Translations under genes and position numbers: made by a program
Shown here: piece after piece, positions 40,433 to 53,830 of the stretch
Position numbering within the stretch: position 1 is the stretch's first letter
How the letters are laid out: each line of letters opens with the position of its first letter
The notes under the pieces: generated by a model
Told to the model about the DNA's origin: nothing
Database searches by the model: none
The model's input: only the letters and a program-made list of their open reading frames with translations
DNA from: Octopus sinensis
Taxonomy: Eukaryota
Reading direction: 5' to 3'
NCBI RefSeq assembly: GCF_006345805.1
Contig: NW_021831864.1
Location: 52 to 64,051, forward strand
Length of the DNA: 64,000 nucleotides

Positions 40433-43325
40433 AACATGAAGAGAAACATTTTCTTTTAATTAGTTTTATTATATAACTATAACATTTTATATTATTTACA
40501 GTAGGAAAGATAACTTTGTCGTGAAGAAAAACGACTATAATTTCATTAACTAATTTCTCAATTCTAGCTAATACATTAGCCAACAAATCAAAATAGACTT
40601 GTGATTAACTTAGACATGGCATGAAAATTACCGATGTCTCAAAAGAGTGAGTGTCGTGGAGTTCAGTGACATCCAACAAACACTGAAATTTTTCCCAAAA
40701 TCCAGGGTTTTTATAACTGCTCAACTTGACTAAAAAGAATCGAAATCCATGACAAATATTCTTTACGAAACTTTTAGAATCTTCATATGAGCAGTTATAT
40801 TAACCAATGGAAAAAACGAAAATTATAATTCTTCGGCAAAGACATTACGTCATATTGCCAATTCGCGCCACATTTCAAAAAGGCTAAAATGCTTCATGAC
40901 AAGTTATCTCTCCTACTGTAAATAATATAAAATGTTATATTTATATAATAAAATTAAAAGAAAATGTTTCTCTTCACGTTTGTTTTTCAACTGAGCATAA
41001 ATAAGTATGCATTTCTGTAATCCTTAATTTATGTTTTCTTATAGTGGTTTAAAGAACATACATATCGTTAATATTCATAGCGTTTGATGCGTATATGTCT
41101 CTATGACGTTATAACTGTAGTTAGGGTTTTAGGTATAATGATAACACTTTAGTATAAGTGACGTTGAATCATTATATTCTCCCTTACTCAGAGAAAAGCC
41201 AAATAAAATAATATAACCTGAGAGAAAGCTTAAGGTTTAAAACAAAAACTGCCATAGGAAAATTGGTGACCCCAACTAAAACAACCTATAGGAAAACCTA
41301 TAGAAAAAAATATTTTTTAAATAAAAAAAAAATTATAAACACCGACAGACTGGTGGAATATTTTAATAATATAATAAACATAAACTACAGAATTATTGCA
41401 TAAATATTTTATTAACAAATAGTTAAAAGTAAGTTGAAACGAAAAGAACGCTGAAGAAGAACGACTATAATTTCATTAACTAATTTCTCAATTCTAGCTA
41501 ATACATTAACCAACAAATCAAAATAGACTTGTGATTAACTTAGACATGGCATGAAAATTACCGATGTCTCAAAAGAGTGAGTGTTGTGGAGTTCATTAAT
41601 TTCCGTAAAATTGTTTTATTTATTTACAATTGTTTTAAAGTGAAATAGAGAACATGAAAGATGCATGAACGCATATATGAAATGGATGTGTGTGAGTGTG
41701 TGTGTGTATGAGAGAGAGAGAGAGAGTGCCACTTACACATACATGAGAACAAACACTGACATTTTTCCCAAAATCCAGGGTTTTTATAACTGCTCAACAT
41801 GACTAAAAAGAATCGAAATCCATGACAAATATTCTTTACGAAACTTTTAGAATCTTTATATGAGCAGTTATATTAACCAATGGAAAAAAACGAAAATAAT
41901 AATTCTTCGGCAAAGACATTAAGTCATATTGCCAATTCGCGCCACATTTCAAAATGGCTAAAATGGTTATTGCTACATCTTTATTGAAAGATTGTCGCTC
42001 ATCTGCTATTCATTGAAAATGAATACGATGATTACTTAATGCGCTTTATATACTTTATGCACAATTTTATAGACTTAATACACAGCACTCATAAAATAAA
42101 TATTCACTCTTATTTTTCCATTTTCACCATTAACAGAAAAATTACATTTTAAAATTCTCATTGTCACAATTTCATATCTAGAAAACAAAAAAAATTATAG
42201 TAAAAACATTTATTTTATATGGAAAATATAGAGGTCACAACTTCACGGGGGTGAAAATTTAATGTAACTCTAGACTACCCGTGACCCGTAGGTCACCTGG
42301 AATCTGAGTTTCCCAGCAACGGATGTTTGTTTCATGTTTATTTTCTCTCTCTCTCTCTTTTCTAGGTTGTTTCGTATGCTTTCAACGAAAGTGACATCGA
42401 AATCAAGCGTAAACAGCTCGTTTCCCCGGAAAAGGAAAGATTTCGCTGCTATTTCTTGCACGCCCTGATACCTCATAACAGGTATTTTGAGTCTTTTATC
42501 GCAAATAGCTGCTACGTGGTATCAGGGCGTGCTAGAAATAGCAGCCAAATCTTTAGAGCTGGGATACATTGACTGCATTCGAAAAAAATTTGTAATAGTA
42601 TTCCCTTGGGGCAATCTTTCGCTTTGACTCTCAGAACTGTCATCCAGATCAGCTGATTTTGTTCATTAATTTCTGTAAAATTGTTTTATTTATTTACAAT
42701 TGTTTTAAAGTGAAATAGAGAAGAACATGAAAGATGTATGAACGCATATATGAAATGGACGTGTGTGAGTGTGTGTGTGTATGAGAGAGAGAGAGAGAGA
42801 GAGTGCCACTTACACATACATGAGAACACACACGTTCACTCACTCACCCTCGCTCATTCTCTTTCTCTCTCTCCCACACACCCACAAACACACATGCACA
42901 CGTACATATAAAAAGGATGTACGCATATGTATTGATGTATGTACGTATACATGACAAAACACCCCTTCACTTTCTCTCTTCCCCCCTCCACCATCTCTCC
43001 CTCTTCCACACACACACGTCCATTTCCTATACACGTACACACATCTTTCACTTTCTTCTCTCATGTAAATAAATGTAAATAAATAAAAAAAAATTATGGA
43101 AATTAACAACCTGAAAATAATTAAAAATCCATTAAAATAGTGTTTGAAGAATGCTAAAATACAAATTCTTGCTGAACAAACAACTTATATTTTTGAAATG
43201 CCATTCAGTTAAAAATATTTCCAAATCATTAAAATATTGTGTACGTCAAAAGGTGAAAGTCTTTTTTTTTTTTTTTTTTGCTCAGAGTGCGCAAAGACTA
43301 TGTGTATGTATATGTCACAGACAGT

Positions 43326-43707
43326 GGAGGCGCAATGGCTCAGTGGTTAAGGTAGCGGACTCGCGGTCGTAGGATCGAAGTTTTGATTCCCAGACCGGGC
43401 GTTGTGAGTGTTTATTGAGCAAAAACACCCACAGCTCCACGAGGCTCTGGTAGGGGATAGTGGCGAACCTTGTACTCTTTCACCACAGCTTTCTCTCACT
43501 CTCTCTTCCTGTTTCTGTTGTACCTGTATTTCTAAGGGCTACCCTTGTCACGCTCTGTATCACGCTGAATCTTCCCCCGAGAACTACATTAAGGGTACAC
43601 ACATGTCTGTGGAGTGCTCAGCCACTTGCATGTTAATTTCCCGACCAGGCTGTTCCGATGATCGGATTAACTGGAACCCTCGTCATAGTAACCGACGGAG
43701 TGCCACG
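43326..43707 (+). mobile_element. tRNA-derived SINE (family C)
   Basis: A box TGGCTCAGTGG (43336-43346), B box GTTTTGATTCC (43380-43390), ~380 bp with no tRNA 3' arm. Confidence 0.8.
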
Positions 43708-43996
43708 ATATGTCACAGATGGAGGCCGTGTGTTTGTGTTGATTGACACCCCATCACATTCGTTATATGTGTATGTATTCTGTATGTATGTATGTGTGTT
43801 GATGTCACGGAAGCTATGCTTTTTCTTTTTTTCAAGAAATAGACAAAAATAGTGTTTACTCCTTTTCATTAATAATGTCACAAATATTGTACTGTCGAAG
43901 CTAAGTATGAAAATAAATATGCAAGAAAAAAAAAGATTAAGATAAAATATACTATTTCTGAGATATTTCGAGTACCAACAAACATCCATAGAATTT

Positions 43997-44378
43997 TAGT
44001 ATTATTATGATGGCATACGCTGCAAACCACATCGTTGGTAACTTATAAGCCAATGCGATGGGTCAAAGCCAATACACATTTCAATTTGCATAAATCTTTT
44101 AATCCACTACTTCTTTGCAGATTATGTTCTTCGTGTAAGTTATCGCTCTTCTCTTCCCTTCTTTGTCAGTGTTGATAGCTTTAAGTCACGCATCGGATAA
44201 TTTGCAAGCCCTTGAGAATGCAACATGTTGCTGAGCATGGCCGAATACAGGTTCAGGCAAGAACAGCCCCCACTCGATCAAATGTCTGCCCTTGTGATTT
44301 GTGGATAGCCACTGCATAAGACAGGCAAAGGGGAAATTGGTTTCTTTCGGAAGTGAATGGCAAGTTTGGGATGTGTTA
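43997..44378 (-). pseudogene. Helitron Pif1-like helicase C-terminus and 3' end remnant
   Basis: Minus strand reads AIHKSQGQTFDRVG / (frameshift) LFLPEPVFGHAQQHVAFSRA...TKNIICKEVVD* (stop at 44099-44101), i.e. helicase motifs V/VI. Confidence 0.8.
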
Positions 44379-44445
44379 AGTAATAGGTGATATTAAAAAA
44401 ATTTAGTTCAATTCACAAAAAAATTATTTTTCTCCATCCACTCAC

Positions 44446-44800
44446 CGTCGCCACCTCCACCACCAGCGAGCACCAACAACAGCAGCCGTCCAAGAATTTG
44501 GACCTGGAGATTTCTATTTCCAGCGACCTCGAGGGCCACCTCCCAATAGTGTCGAGCGTCAACGAAGAGCCCTCGACTACAACAAGATGACCAAAGATTT
44601 TTTTTCTAAGGTCTGGGATCTCCCGCCTTAAGCCCTAGACCATCACCTAATCACCCTTAACCGTCTTGTTGCTTAACAACAACAACAACCAGAAACAGTA
44701 GCAGCACCACTTTCTCTCTCTCTCTCTCCCGCTGAGCCTTTCTTTAACTGTGTTCTAAGCTAAATATGTGACTGAAAACGTTGACAACCGATGTTTTTAT
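44446..44800 (-). other. Candidate 5' (first/UTR) exon of a minus-strand transcript
   Basis: Locally GC/CpG-richer segment with GA and GTT runs, ending in a consensus donor CG|GTGAGT (plus-strand actcac, 44440-44445). No ATG-initiated ORF. Confidence 0.35.
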
Positions 44801-45497
44801 TCATAAAAGATTCATTTGTCCAGTGGCTTAAATCCGTCAAGGTGAATTACTCTTATGACAATGTGTATCAGTTATTTCCCCTGAATTGCAATACCTGCGA
44901 TGATGAACTGTCAATGAGGCGGAGGTTACGGAAAACTGAAATAAGATGGTCAAAGAGGATTAATGATTTCTAATTTAGGAATAAGGCCAGCAATTATGCG
45001 TGTATTTATCCAATACAATTGAATAAATAGACATACTTGAATGTTTACTGGCTGATGTCTGTCAATTGTATATCCTCTCCGTTTTCTTATTTGCTGTATA
45101 AATCATGGGTAAATCACTTTTTTACCTCCGCCCATATATAATACTCAATTGCAAGTGCAATAACTAGCACTTGGCTATGAATAATTGGGTACTCTACAAG
45201 CAGTATATTGGATAGGTACTATCCCTTAGTTGGTTTGTCAACTTCTAATAGCTCACGAAGACATTATTATAGTATGTAAGATCTGTTGAAGATTATTGTT
45301 AATACAATAATATTGTTGTTACTGATAAGCATAGACGTGTTTATATGTTCTAATGTATTTATATACGTATATGACGTATGGTATATCCACTGGAATATAT
45401 TGTTTAATTGTGTTCATTAATGTATTTTGCGCATGTGAATACTATATATGCTTTGCTTATGTATGTATATTTGTATTTGTATATATATATATATATA

Positions 45498-46235
45498 TCA
45501 TCATCATCGTTTAACGTCCGTTTTCCGCGCTAGCACGGGTTGGACGGTTCGACCGGGGTCTGGGAAGCCAGGGACTGCACCAGGCTCCAGTCTGATCTGG
45601 CAGAGTTTCTACAGCTGGATGCCCTTCCTAACGCCAACCACTCCGCGAGTGTAGTGGGTGCTTTTTACGTGCCACCTGCACAGGTGCCAGGGGGGTCCGG
45701 CATCGGCCACAATCGGTTGGAGCTTTTAACGTGCCACCGGCACGGAAGCCAGCTAAGGCGGCGCTGGCAACGGCCACGTTCGGATGGTGCTTTTTATGTG
45801 CCACCGGCACAGAAGCCAGTCGGGGTGGCGCTGGCATCGGCCACGTTTGGATGGTGCTTTTTATGTGCCACTGGCACAGGAGCCAGTCGGGGCGGCGCTG
45901 GCATCGGCCACGTTCGGATGGTGCTTTTTATGTGCCACCGGCACAGAAGCCGGTCGGGGCGTCGCTGGCATCGGCCACGTTCGGATGGTGCTTTTTATGT
46001 GCCACCGGCACAGAAGCCAGTCGGGGCAGCGCTGGCATCGACCACGTTCAGATGGTGCTTTTTATGTGCCACCGGCACAGGAGCCAGTAGGGGCGGCGCT
46101 GGCTGGCGTCAGCCACGTTCAGATGGTGCTTTTTATGTGCCACTGGCACAGAAGCCAGTCGGGGCGGCGCTGGCATCAGCCACATTCGGATGGTGCTTTT
46201 TATGTGCCAGCGGCACAGGTATCACAACTACTATT
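45498..46235 (-). mobile_element. SINE-like family B with ~7.5 copies of a 67-bp minisatellite
   Basis: Unit start (g/a)gccac at 45772, 45839, 45906, 45973, 46040, 46111 (+4 bp), 46178; (CAT)n tail at 45498. Confidence 0.9.
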
Positions 46236-46328
46236 TCCATTGATATTTATATTTATTTCGATGTTCATGTTCATGTACTTGACTCAACAGGTCTCCTCAA
46301 GCACAGCGAGACGTTCCGGGTTCCAGGG

Positions 46329-46376
<48 letters not shown>

Positions 46377-47699
46377 AGTAACAACAATTAAGATTCAAGT
46401 GAATTCCAATGAGTTCAAATGAATGCGGTACTTAACTTAGATGCACCAGAAATCTATATGGTATTAACCATAAAATAATGTGGGGTGATTATAAACAAGA
46501 AAAAAGCAACAAGACTGGATTAGTTGTTCAGTACAATTGTTTCATACGAAGAACAGCTTTATTAAAAGCTGCAAATATTGCAGCAAATACAAGTGTCCTG
46601 TATTCATCAGCCAAAACACATATGAGTTTTCCAAACATCCTAGGGGTGAGGCTACACTCATGAAGTATCGAAGAGAGTTCAATAAAAAGCAAAGTTAGAT
46701 TGTAAGCAGACTTCACAAGTTCTCTAAAGATGCACAGTTTTATAAAAGGTTTTTAGTTTCACAGAAAAGGTAAATCCATCCATAATAATGCAGGTGTAAT
46801 TTCCGGAGATATTAGGAGATATTTCATACTCAGAGACGATGAATTTATCCATAATAATGTAGATGTAATTTCCTGATATATGAGAAGATGCTGATCACAC
46901 TTCTGTTCATTTCACATACATATATGTAAGGATGTATGTATATGTATATATATATGTATGTATGTATATGTATATATGTATATTTTGATATTTGTTTATT
47001 GTTTATTTTAATATATTAAGTAATATGTGTATCATGTTTAGTATATTAATATTAATATTAATATTTTTAAAGTTCATTATAACCTCTGACGAGGCCTATG
47101 GTTTTTTAATATATAAGTATTATATTTTTTAAATGCCTACAACTTTAGTATGTTGAAATCTATAGGCAATGAAAATTAGATTCACTTTTGACCATAGGTA
47201 AAAAGAGCTGTAAGAAGCAGTTTATGGATTTCATTAATTTATACTATGACTTTTAAAATCTTTATTTGTATTACTATCTTATCTATTGATTTATATAATA
47301 TTTTTGTATGCTTTTGATGTTCTCATTTGTAAAATGAATAAATAATCCAACATTATAATATCCGTAAGTTGATGAACAAACCAAATTGTTTCTCCATTTT
47401 CTTATTTGTATTATAAATTTACGGTAAAAATATTTCTCTACCTTCACCCGTTTAATACAATAAATGAGTTAATTGCTTTGCAATTAAAAACATTTATGTA
47501 TTAAGAATTTGGGTACTTTACCAACAGTATATTGGATAAATGATATCCCATAGTGGGTTACACCCATAACCCCTATCTTACTTTGTACTATATATATATG
47601 CGTGTGTGTGTGCGCACGCGCGTATCTCCGTCCGTCCCTCGCTATTGCTTGGTGCGTCTTTATCCCCGCAACCTAGCGTTCAGCAAAAAGAAAAAAAAA

Positions 47700-47824
47700 A
47701 CGAGAGAATAAGTACTAGGCTTACAAAGAATAAGTTCTGGTGTCAATTTCTTCAACTTTAAAAACCCTTCAAGGCGGTGCTCCAGCATGGCCGCAGTCAA
47801 ATTACTGAAACAAGTAAAAGAATA
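47700..47824 (+). mobile_element. SINE family A, 3' half
   Basis: ataagtactaggcttacaaagaataag...aaggcggtgctccagcatggccgcagtcaaattactgaaacaagtaaaaga is the reverse complement of 230-330. Confidence 0.8.
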
Positions 47825-48850
47825 CATACTGACACATATCGCATATATCTACTAAATGAACTTTGAACTGAAAAAAGATATCGTTATGTGTCTCATTGTG
47901 TGCTGTTGTGAGCACTCACCTACTTTCTTATTCATATCAATTCTCATATAATCGTCAACTACGTCATTTGTAGAAAATTTCTTAAAATATCCATTTTTCT
48001 GAAAGTTATGAGGAAACAAACCTGTTGATAGGGTGCACATTTAAGTAGGTAAGACTCTGTGTATACCCACAGAAGGTTTGTGGGTGGGGGGAAACATGCC
48101 AATCAGTGGCCACCACTGGGGAAAACCAGGTAAGTTTTACTGAGGTCATTGACAAAAATGAAAGTGAAATCTTCCCTAACCTACTTTCATTGTGTATTTC
48201 CTATTAAAACAATTTATTTCTCTCTTTATCAGCCACTTCCTTTTTTATATTTCGTCTGTTGCAAATAATAATAAACTGTTATCACAAAGTTCTCATGAAA
48301 GCAAATCATGAAAAAGAGGACAAAGGGAAGTGATTTTCTCGGAAAAACATTGATATCATACAAAATTGTAAAACCAATCAACGACTTAAAAACCATCAGA
48401 TAAATATTCAAGTTTCAATTTTGCTCTGAGCTGTTACGAGGTAAGTTTGCGCTTTACAACTTCCTAATTTAATTTCTGTAAACCCATTTTTCGATTGCTT
48501 TACATATTCTTCACAAAGTCACTTTCAATACTTTTCACTACATCATAACCACACAACTTTGCCCCATGACTTTATTTTCTCATAACTTTGAGAAAAATTA
48601 ATGTTTTTTCTTTTTTTTTTTTTTTCGTGAAATGTTCTGCAAATACCTTTCAGATGCAGGGTTGTATTTAAACCATAGGGGGCACGAGGCACTTCAAGAT
48701 CGATGGGCCCCTCATAACAAGAATTAAAATCTTAGAAAATTGCCAAATTTAAATCTCAAAACCCATCTCCTTCAAATAATTGAATTTGATGATTTAGGAG
48801 AGAAAGTTTAAACAAATGACCGAAAATGTCGCTTTATAGATACACTTTTT

Positions 48851-49326
48851 CATACTGGTCGTTTCGCGCATCATATAGAGTTGAACTTGATACTCAAGAG
48901 GAACTTGGCCCGGGAAAACATCCCATACATCTTAGAACCATCTGGATTGTCCAGATGTGACGAGAGGAGATCTGACAGCCTCACTCTATGCCCCTGGTCC
49001 GTTGTCTGGGATGTCACAGTTAGCGACTCCTTTGCTTCTTCTCACATCTTGGATGCTGCGGTCAGGGCGAGATCCACAGCTTCTGCGACCGAGCGGAACA
49101 AAATCCTGAAATACTGCGATCTGTCGGCCAACTACATTTTCCATCGTGTGGCGTTCAAGACGTCTAGTGGAGTCGGGCCACTGCGAGATTCCTGTCTTCA
49201 CTGGCAACTCACCTGGCAGAGGTAACTGGTGAGGCTCATGAGGGCGCTTGGCTGTTCCAGCGTAGCAGCTTCGCCATCATCTGCGGCAACGCTGCAAGTG
49301 TACTGGTGTGTCTCAATAACCAGTAG
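48851..49326 (+). pseudogene. CRE-clade non-LTR retrotransposon RLE domain remnant
   Basis: GRFAHHIELNLILKRNLARENIPYILEPSGLSRCDERRSDSLTLCPWSVVWDVTVSDSFA...ERNKILKYCDL...VAFKTS; after a frameshift, EVTGEAHEGAWLFQRSSFAIICGNAASVL*. Confidence 0.8.
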
Positions 49327-50512
49327 AAAGGTTTCCCAGCGCCCTCAACTTTTCAACCCAAGGTGGTAAATTGTTTTGTTCTTTTGTTTTTTTTCTTTTT
49401 TCTCTTTCTTTCTTTTTTCTTTTTTCTCTTTCTTTCTTTTTTCTTTTTAATTTTTTTCAATTGTATTCTGTTTTGTTCAGTTTTCTAGTTTAATTTTGTA
49501 AAACGGTAAACACTGTGAAGGCAATAAAAATTATAACTTGCAATTTAAAAAACAAACTTCAAGTTTCGTTTTTCACACATCCACTTGCGGTAGGGAAGAG
49601 TGGGGTAAGGTTTTTTTTTTCTTTTAATGTGAGTTACATATGTCTCAGAGTGTAGAAGATAAAATGACAGAAATCATTTTTGTCATTGTTGCTGTTCCAA
49701 AGACAGGATGAGAGTGAGAGAGAGAGAGAGAGATACAGAGAAAGAGAGAGAGAGAGACAGACAGACAAAGAGAAAGAGAGAGCGGGGTAGAGATACCAAC
49801 ATTTCAAAGACGTGGATTTAAAAAATTCTTTTTTTAAAACAGCTTCCCTTCATTGTTTTGTAATGTGTTAAAAAAAAAAAGAAAGAAAGTGGGGCACACC
49901 CCAATAAAAACAGGAAAATTCAAACAGCTATTTCCAAAAGTCTGCTTTTCCAGTTTCCATTAAGAGTAGGTGGGGTACAATGAGTAACATTTACTGCATT
50001 TTTGACTTTGAAGAAAATATATTTTTTTTAAATATTCACTACCTTACCAAAACTCTATCAACGGAGTAAAGACCTTCTCTAAACTCAGTAAAACCTATGA
50101 TATATTCAGAATAATATTTCAGAAAATTATCACTGTTTTCTTTCGGCATATAAAAGACAAATATAGGCGGGGCAAAATGGGTAAGACAAGACTAAGTGAA
50201 TATGCTTTTCTATTTCCCCAGAATTAAATTTGCAAAAAGAGTCATACACATAAACATCCGTCCTTAGACATCAGAAAGATCAGATATGCAACAAAACCTT
50301 AAATATCTTGGTCAAATGAAAGAGGATTTTGGAAAAATAGCACATAATATGAAATTAATGAAACTCAACATAAAATATTCTTTATAGCTTCTTTGCCAAA
50401 GATTATCCACATATTTTATTTGTTACCTCATTTACAATTGGGTCAAGTTTGAGGAAAAATTCCTTCAAAATAATATCTATTACCTACGTTTCAAACTCTC
50501 AGCTACGCAAAC

Positions 50513-52465
50513 CAGGTGTATTCAACCATTTTTTTTTTTTACCTGAGAACCCCTTTGATTCCTATTTTACTCCTTGGGACCCTCCCCCATACCCATTCGA
50601 TGTTTAAAAAAGTCAAATTAGGACTTGTATAAAAGTCGTTAAAATATCTTGTGTACTGTGGACCTATAACCAATTTCTTAACAACTAAATTCTACGGAAA
50701 ATGAATGCTCCCAAGTAAAATAAATATACAGGTATATATTTATTTACATAAGGTAGTACCTTTGTGTTAATTTCTTTAATGCAAGTCTGGTGGTTGGTGC
50801 TGCTTTGCTAGTTTTAAATTGTTCTGCTCTTGAAGATCACCTTTTTCTACAATGTCGATTCAATTATGAGCTGTTCACAGTAAATTAGCGACATGGCTGA
50901 AACCAGATTCAACAAGGTAAGATAAAGGAAAAGCAGTAAAGTACAACTGCACTCCCCCACCAGAATAATGGATACTTTGTAGCAGTGTCATTTTTTTTAC
51001 CATACATTACGTTCTCCATCTTTAAATCTTGCTTGAAATATTTCATCGTTCTGCAATTCAATGAGATTCTCCTGCAAACAGATATCTACACCAGCAACAT
51101 GAAATGTCACCCAACACGGTATATTTAACTGCAGCAGGTCATTAAACTGACCTTGCATATCATTATGCAAGTTTTTCAAATGTTCAGTAAACATGGTCGT
51201 CCTTGTGCAGATTACTGTTAATTGATTCCAAACAGGGAAATTCTAATAATACACAGCATACAATATTTATTTCCTAGAGCTGTACTTTCCCCAGAAAAGC
51301 AGCAATCGCTCCTTTGGAGGATATGAGGTCAAAGTCTTCTTGAAGCTGTTTGTCAGATATATTTTATCAAATTTTTCTGATAAATAAAATATATCGCATT
51401 TAGCTGCAACCATTCGTGGAGTGAAAGTGCAGTTGTACTTTTAGCTGGAATCATTTGTTGGCTGCGATTGTTGTTAGCCAGGAATGAGACAATAATATAC
51501 CAAAGTACAAAAAAAAATGACGCAGACAGTTTGATAACCATATCATGTTCGTGTGAATTACAAAGCATTCAATTTCTCCATTTTGATTACAGAATTCATG
51601 AAATATGTGATCTTGTAAATGATATTACAATATTAAGGGGATCGTGCAGATGTGCTCTTGATTGTTTCACAAGTAGGTGTTACTGGTGTTATCACACAGT
51701 GTATAGAAAATACCATTTATTCAACAGGCAACAAAATCTCTGTATCTGCCAATCATGGGCGGAACACAGTCATTAGCACAAACTCTCACATTTCCCAGGG
51801 GAATATTATGTTCCTCGAAATAAGTTATAGTGCCTTTGAAAATTTGTTTTGCCTTTAGTATCTGTTTTAAGATGTCTGGTAAAATGAATTTCCTCTCTGA
51901 ATTCATTACACCCCACCACCACCACCACCAAAAAAAAAACGATTATATGCCAATACTATAGCTTTACTGTCTCTCAGGGTAGATTCATCAGGTTGAAGAA
52001 GAAATTTCTTTACTTGCAGTTTGGCTACAGGTTGCTTCTCTCCATCTTAGCCATTTCATTGACGCACAGTGACACTGATGAGTTGCTTAAAGGAATCTTA
52101 CAAGTAATCTCAGTAGCATTTTGTTTCATAAATGATGACACTATGACAGATACCGCTGGCAAAATTAGTTTCACCAATATTATGGGGTTTCCCAATCTTT
52201 GCTATCATTTTAGAAATTTCATAGGATTCCAGTCAACCATTATGATTTTGTCACTTATTCTCCATTTTCCTTGCTTGGAATTCATTGTGCAGTTTTCTAA
52301 AATATTCTACTGGATTGTTTTAGTTGTCTTTGAACTTGGTCTCTGAAGGAATTCTGAGCTGGCTTGGCTGAGACATTGTTTTCCCTTCATTCTGTGCTGA
52401 TAGAATACAGCCACAAGACAGATATTCAATGGAATACGGTCGACATTTCCTCTTAGTCGGAGGAG
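50513..52465 (-). pseudogene. hAT (Charlie/Buster, ZBED5-like) transposon fossil
   Basis: Minus strand gives KRKCRPYSIEYL; SYEISKMIAKIGKPHNIGE; IPLSNSSVS; DESTLRD; NIPLGNVRVCANDCVPPMIGRYR; HCVI.Q.HLL; HLKNLHNDMQGQFNDLLQLNIPCWV..LQENLIELQND. TIR-like CAGGTGTATTCAACCATTTT at 50513. Many stops and frameshifts. Confidence 0.88.
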
Positions 52466-53406
52466 CAGAATTTTTATTAAAGCACCCCGTATAACCCCTC
52501 GTAACTTTACTATTTTTTAAAATTTTCAGAAAATTTTTCTTCTACACATGGAAATTCAAAAGATTAGGCAAATAGAATTTTTGTATGGGATTTAGGCAAT
52601 TTAGCTGTTGTTTTTAGCACATCACACAGCCACCTGATTTCTTCTTCATTTCTTTGTTACTATAGTGTATTGATATTCTTCAAGAATGGTCCACTGCTGG
52701 AATTTAAGCAAAACGTTCTGAGTTTCTGTATTTTAAACTCTGATTTTTAAAAAAAAAATTGGAAAGAAGTAGGAAATTTTTAGGATTTATGTGGTTTAAA
52801 ATAAGAATTATTTTTTTTTCCCTTTTTTTTTTGCAATAAGTATATGAATTCCAGTGCATAGAACACAAATTCACAAAACTTTTCCAAAAAATAAAAACCA
52901 CAAGCACCTGCTACCTTCATTTCTACTTTCTGTTGTATTTTCTTTTAAATCGGAATTTTAAAATATAGATAGTCCGAATTTTTGACTCAAATCCACCCTT
53001 GGGTGCATCATCATTCCACTAAACGTGTTTATGGGGAGAAAAATATTGCAAAATATTAATACATGCCAGTGACAAAGAGACAAAGAATGTATCAGCTAAA
53101 TCAACCTTAAATCACACACAATTTTTTTCATAATCATTTGAATTCTCATGTGTAGAAGACAAAACATAGAAAGAAGTTATATGCAATATTATATTTATCA
53201 GTAATGGATTAGAAGTTCCTTTTCTTAGAACGTATGATAAAATACCAGTTATAGAAGATATGGAAAAGTTCTTACCTCTGTCCTAAAAAACTGACTAACT
53301 CAGAGATCAGTCTTGCGAAAATACGTTGAAATCAACTTGTTGCTAAGAACTGAGATATTATTTCTTTTGTCTGTCTGTCTGTCTGTCTCTCTCTCTGTCT
53401 CTCTCT

Positions 53407-53830
53407 CAGAGCTGGGCATAAGTCCGTTAATCGTTAATTAACAAAGTTAATATTTTGGTTAACGATTTAACTTTTAAGTTAACTTTAAAAATCATTACCG
53501 AACTAATTAACTTCCGTTACATTTAGCTTCCACTAACCCCAAAATTTCAATAAAACCAGTAAACGTTTCTATTGTTTAATGATTGTCTTATCATATTTAA
53601 TATTGTACGCGTCATTCAGTGAGCAAGTGTTGGTGGACTTGTTTGTCAAGTACAACACATCCGTCCCTTCCAGTGCTGCAGTTGAACGTTTATTTTCCAT
53701 AGACAAAGACATCTTGAGTGTCAAGAGATCATCCTTGTCTGATGAAAATTTTAGTTTGCTAATTTTCAAGAAGGGCAACATTTATATCATCAACAAAATA
53801 GTGGAGAAGAGGAAAAGTTGAATCATGCAT
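53407..53830 (+). mobile_element. Non-autonomous hAT remnant: TIR-like end and dimerisation-domain fragment
   Basis: CAGAGCTGGGCA at 53407 followed by TAAC-rich subterminal repeats; ORF contains LFVKYNTSVPSSAAVERLFS..ILSVKRSSLSDENF (hAT C-terminal motif). Confidence 0.8.

Noticed and set aside
43326-43400. tRNA gene
   Set aside because: A and B boxes are present, but no acceptor stem or cloverleaf closes; it is a SINE head.
44111-44140. Apparent 14-nt microexon (ttctttgcAG...GTAAGT)
   Set aside because: It is the antisense strand of the Helitron helicase remnant, so chance splice-like motifs are the simpler explanation.
44500-44600. RHYWEV (B30.2/SPRY-like) peptide on the minus strand
   Set aside because: Only a 6-residue match, with an in-frame stop just upstream, no ATG or acceptor, and no further SPRY motifs.
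45540-46377. GC-rich repetitive ORFs (also 38277-39065, 62999-63472)
   Set aside because: Translations of the family-B minisatellite; homologous copies elsewhere are not in a conserved frame.
46478-46900. Possible Penelope Cys-rich linker (KSCKYCSKYKCP)
   Set aside because: No GIY-YIG motif recoverable in any frame by eye; too decayed to call.
47081-47185. CTGACGA-GGCCTATGG...CTATAGGC-AATGAAA hammerhead candidate
   Set aside because: Stem II is plausible, but there are extra bases before GAAA and no stem I.
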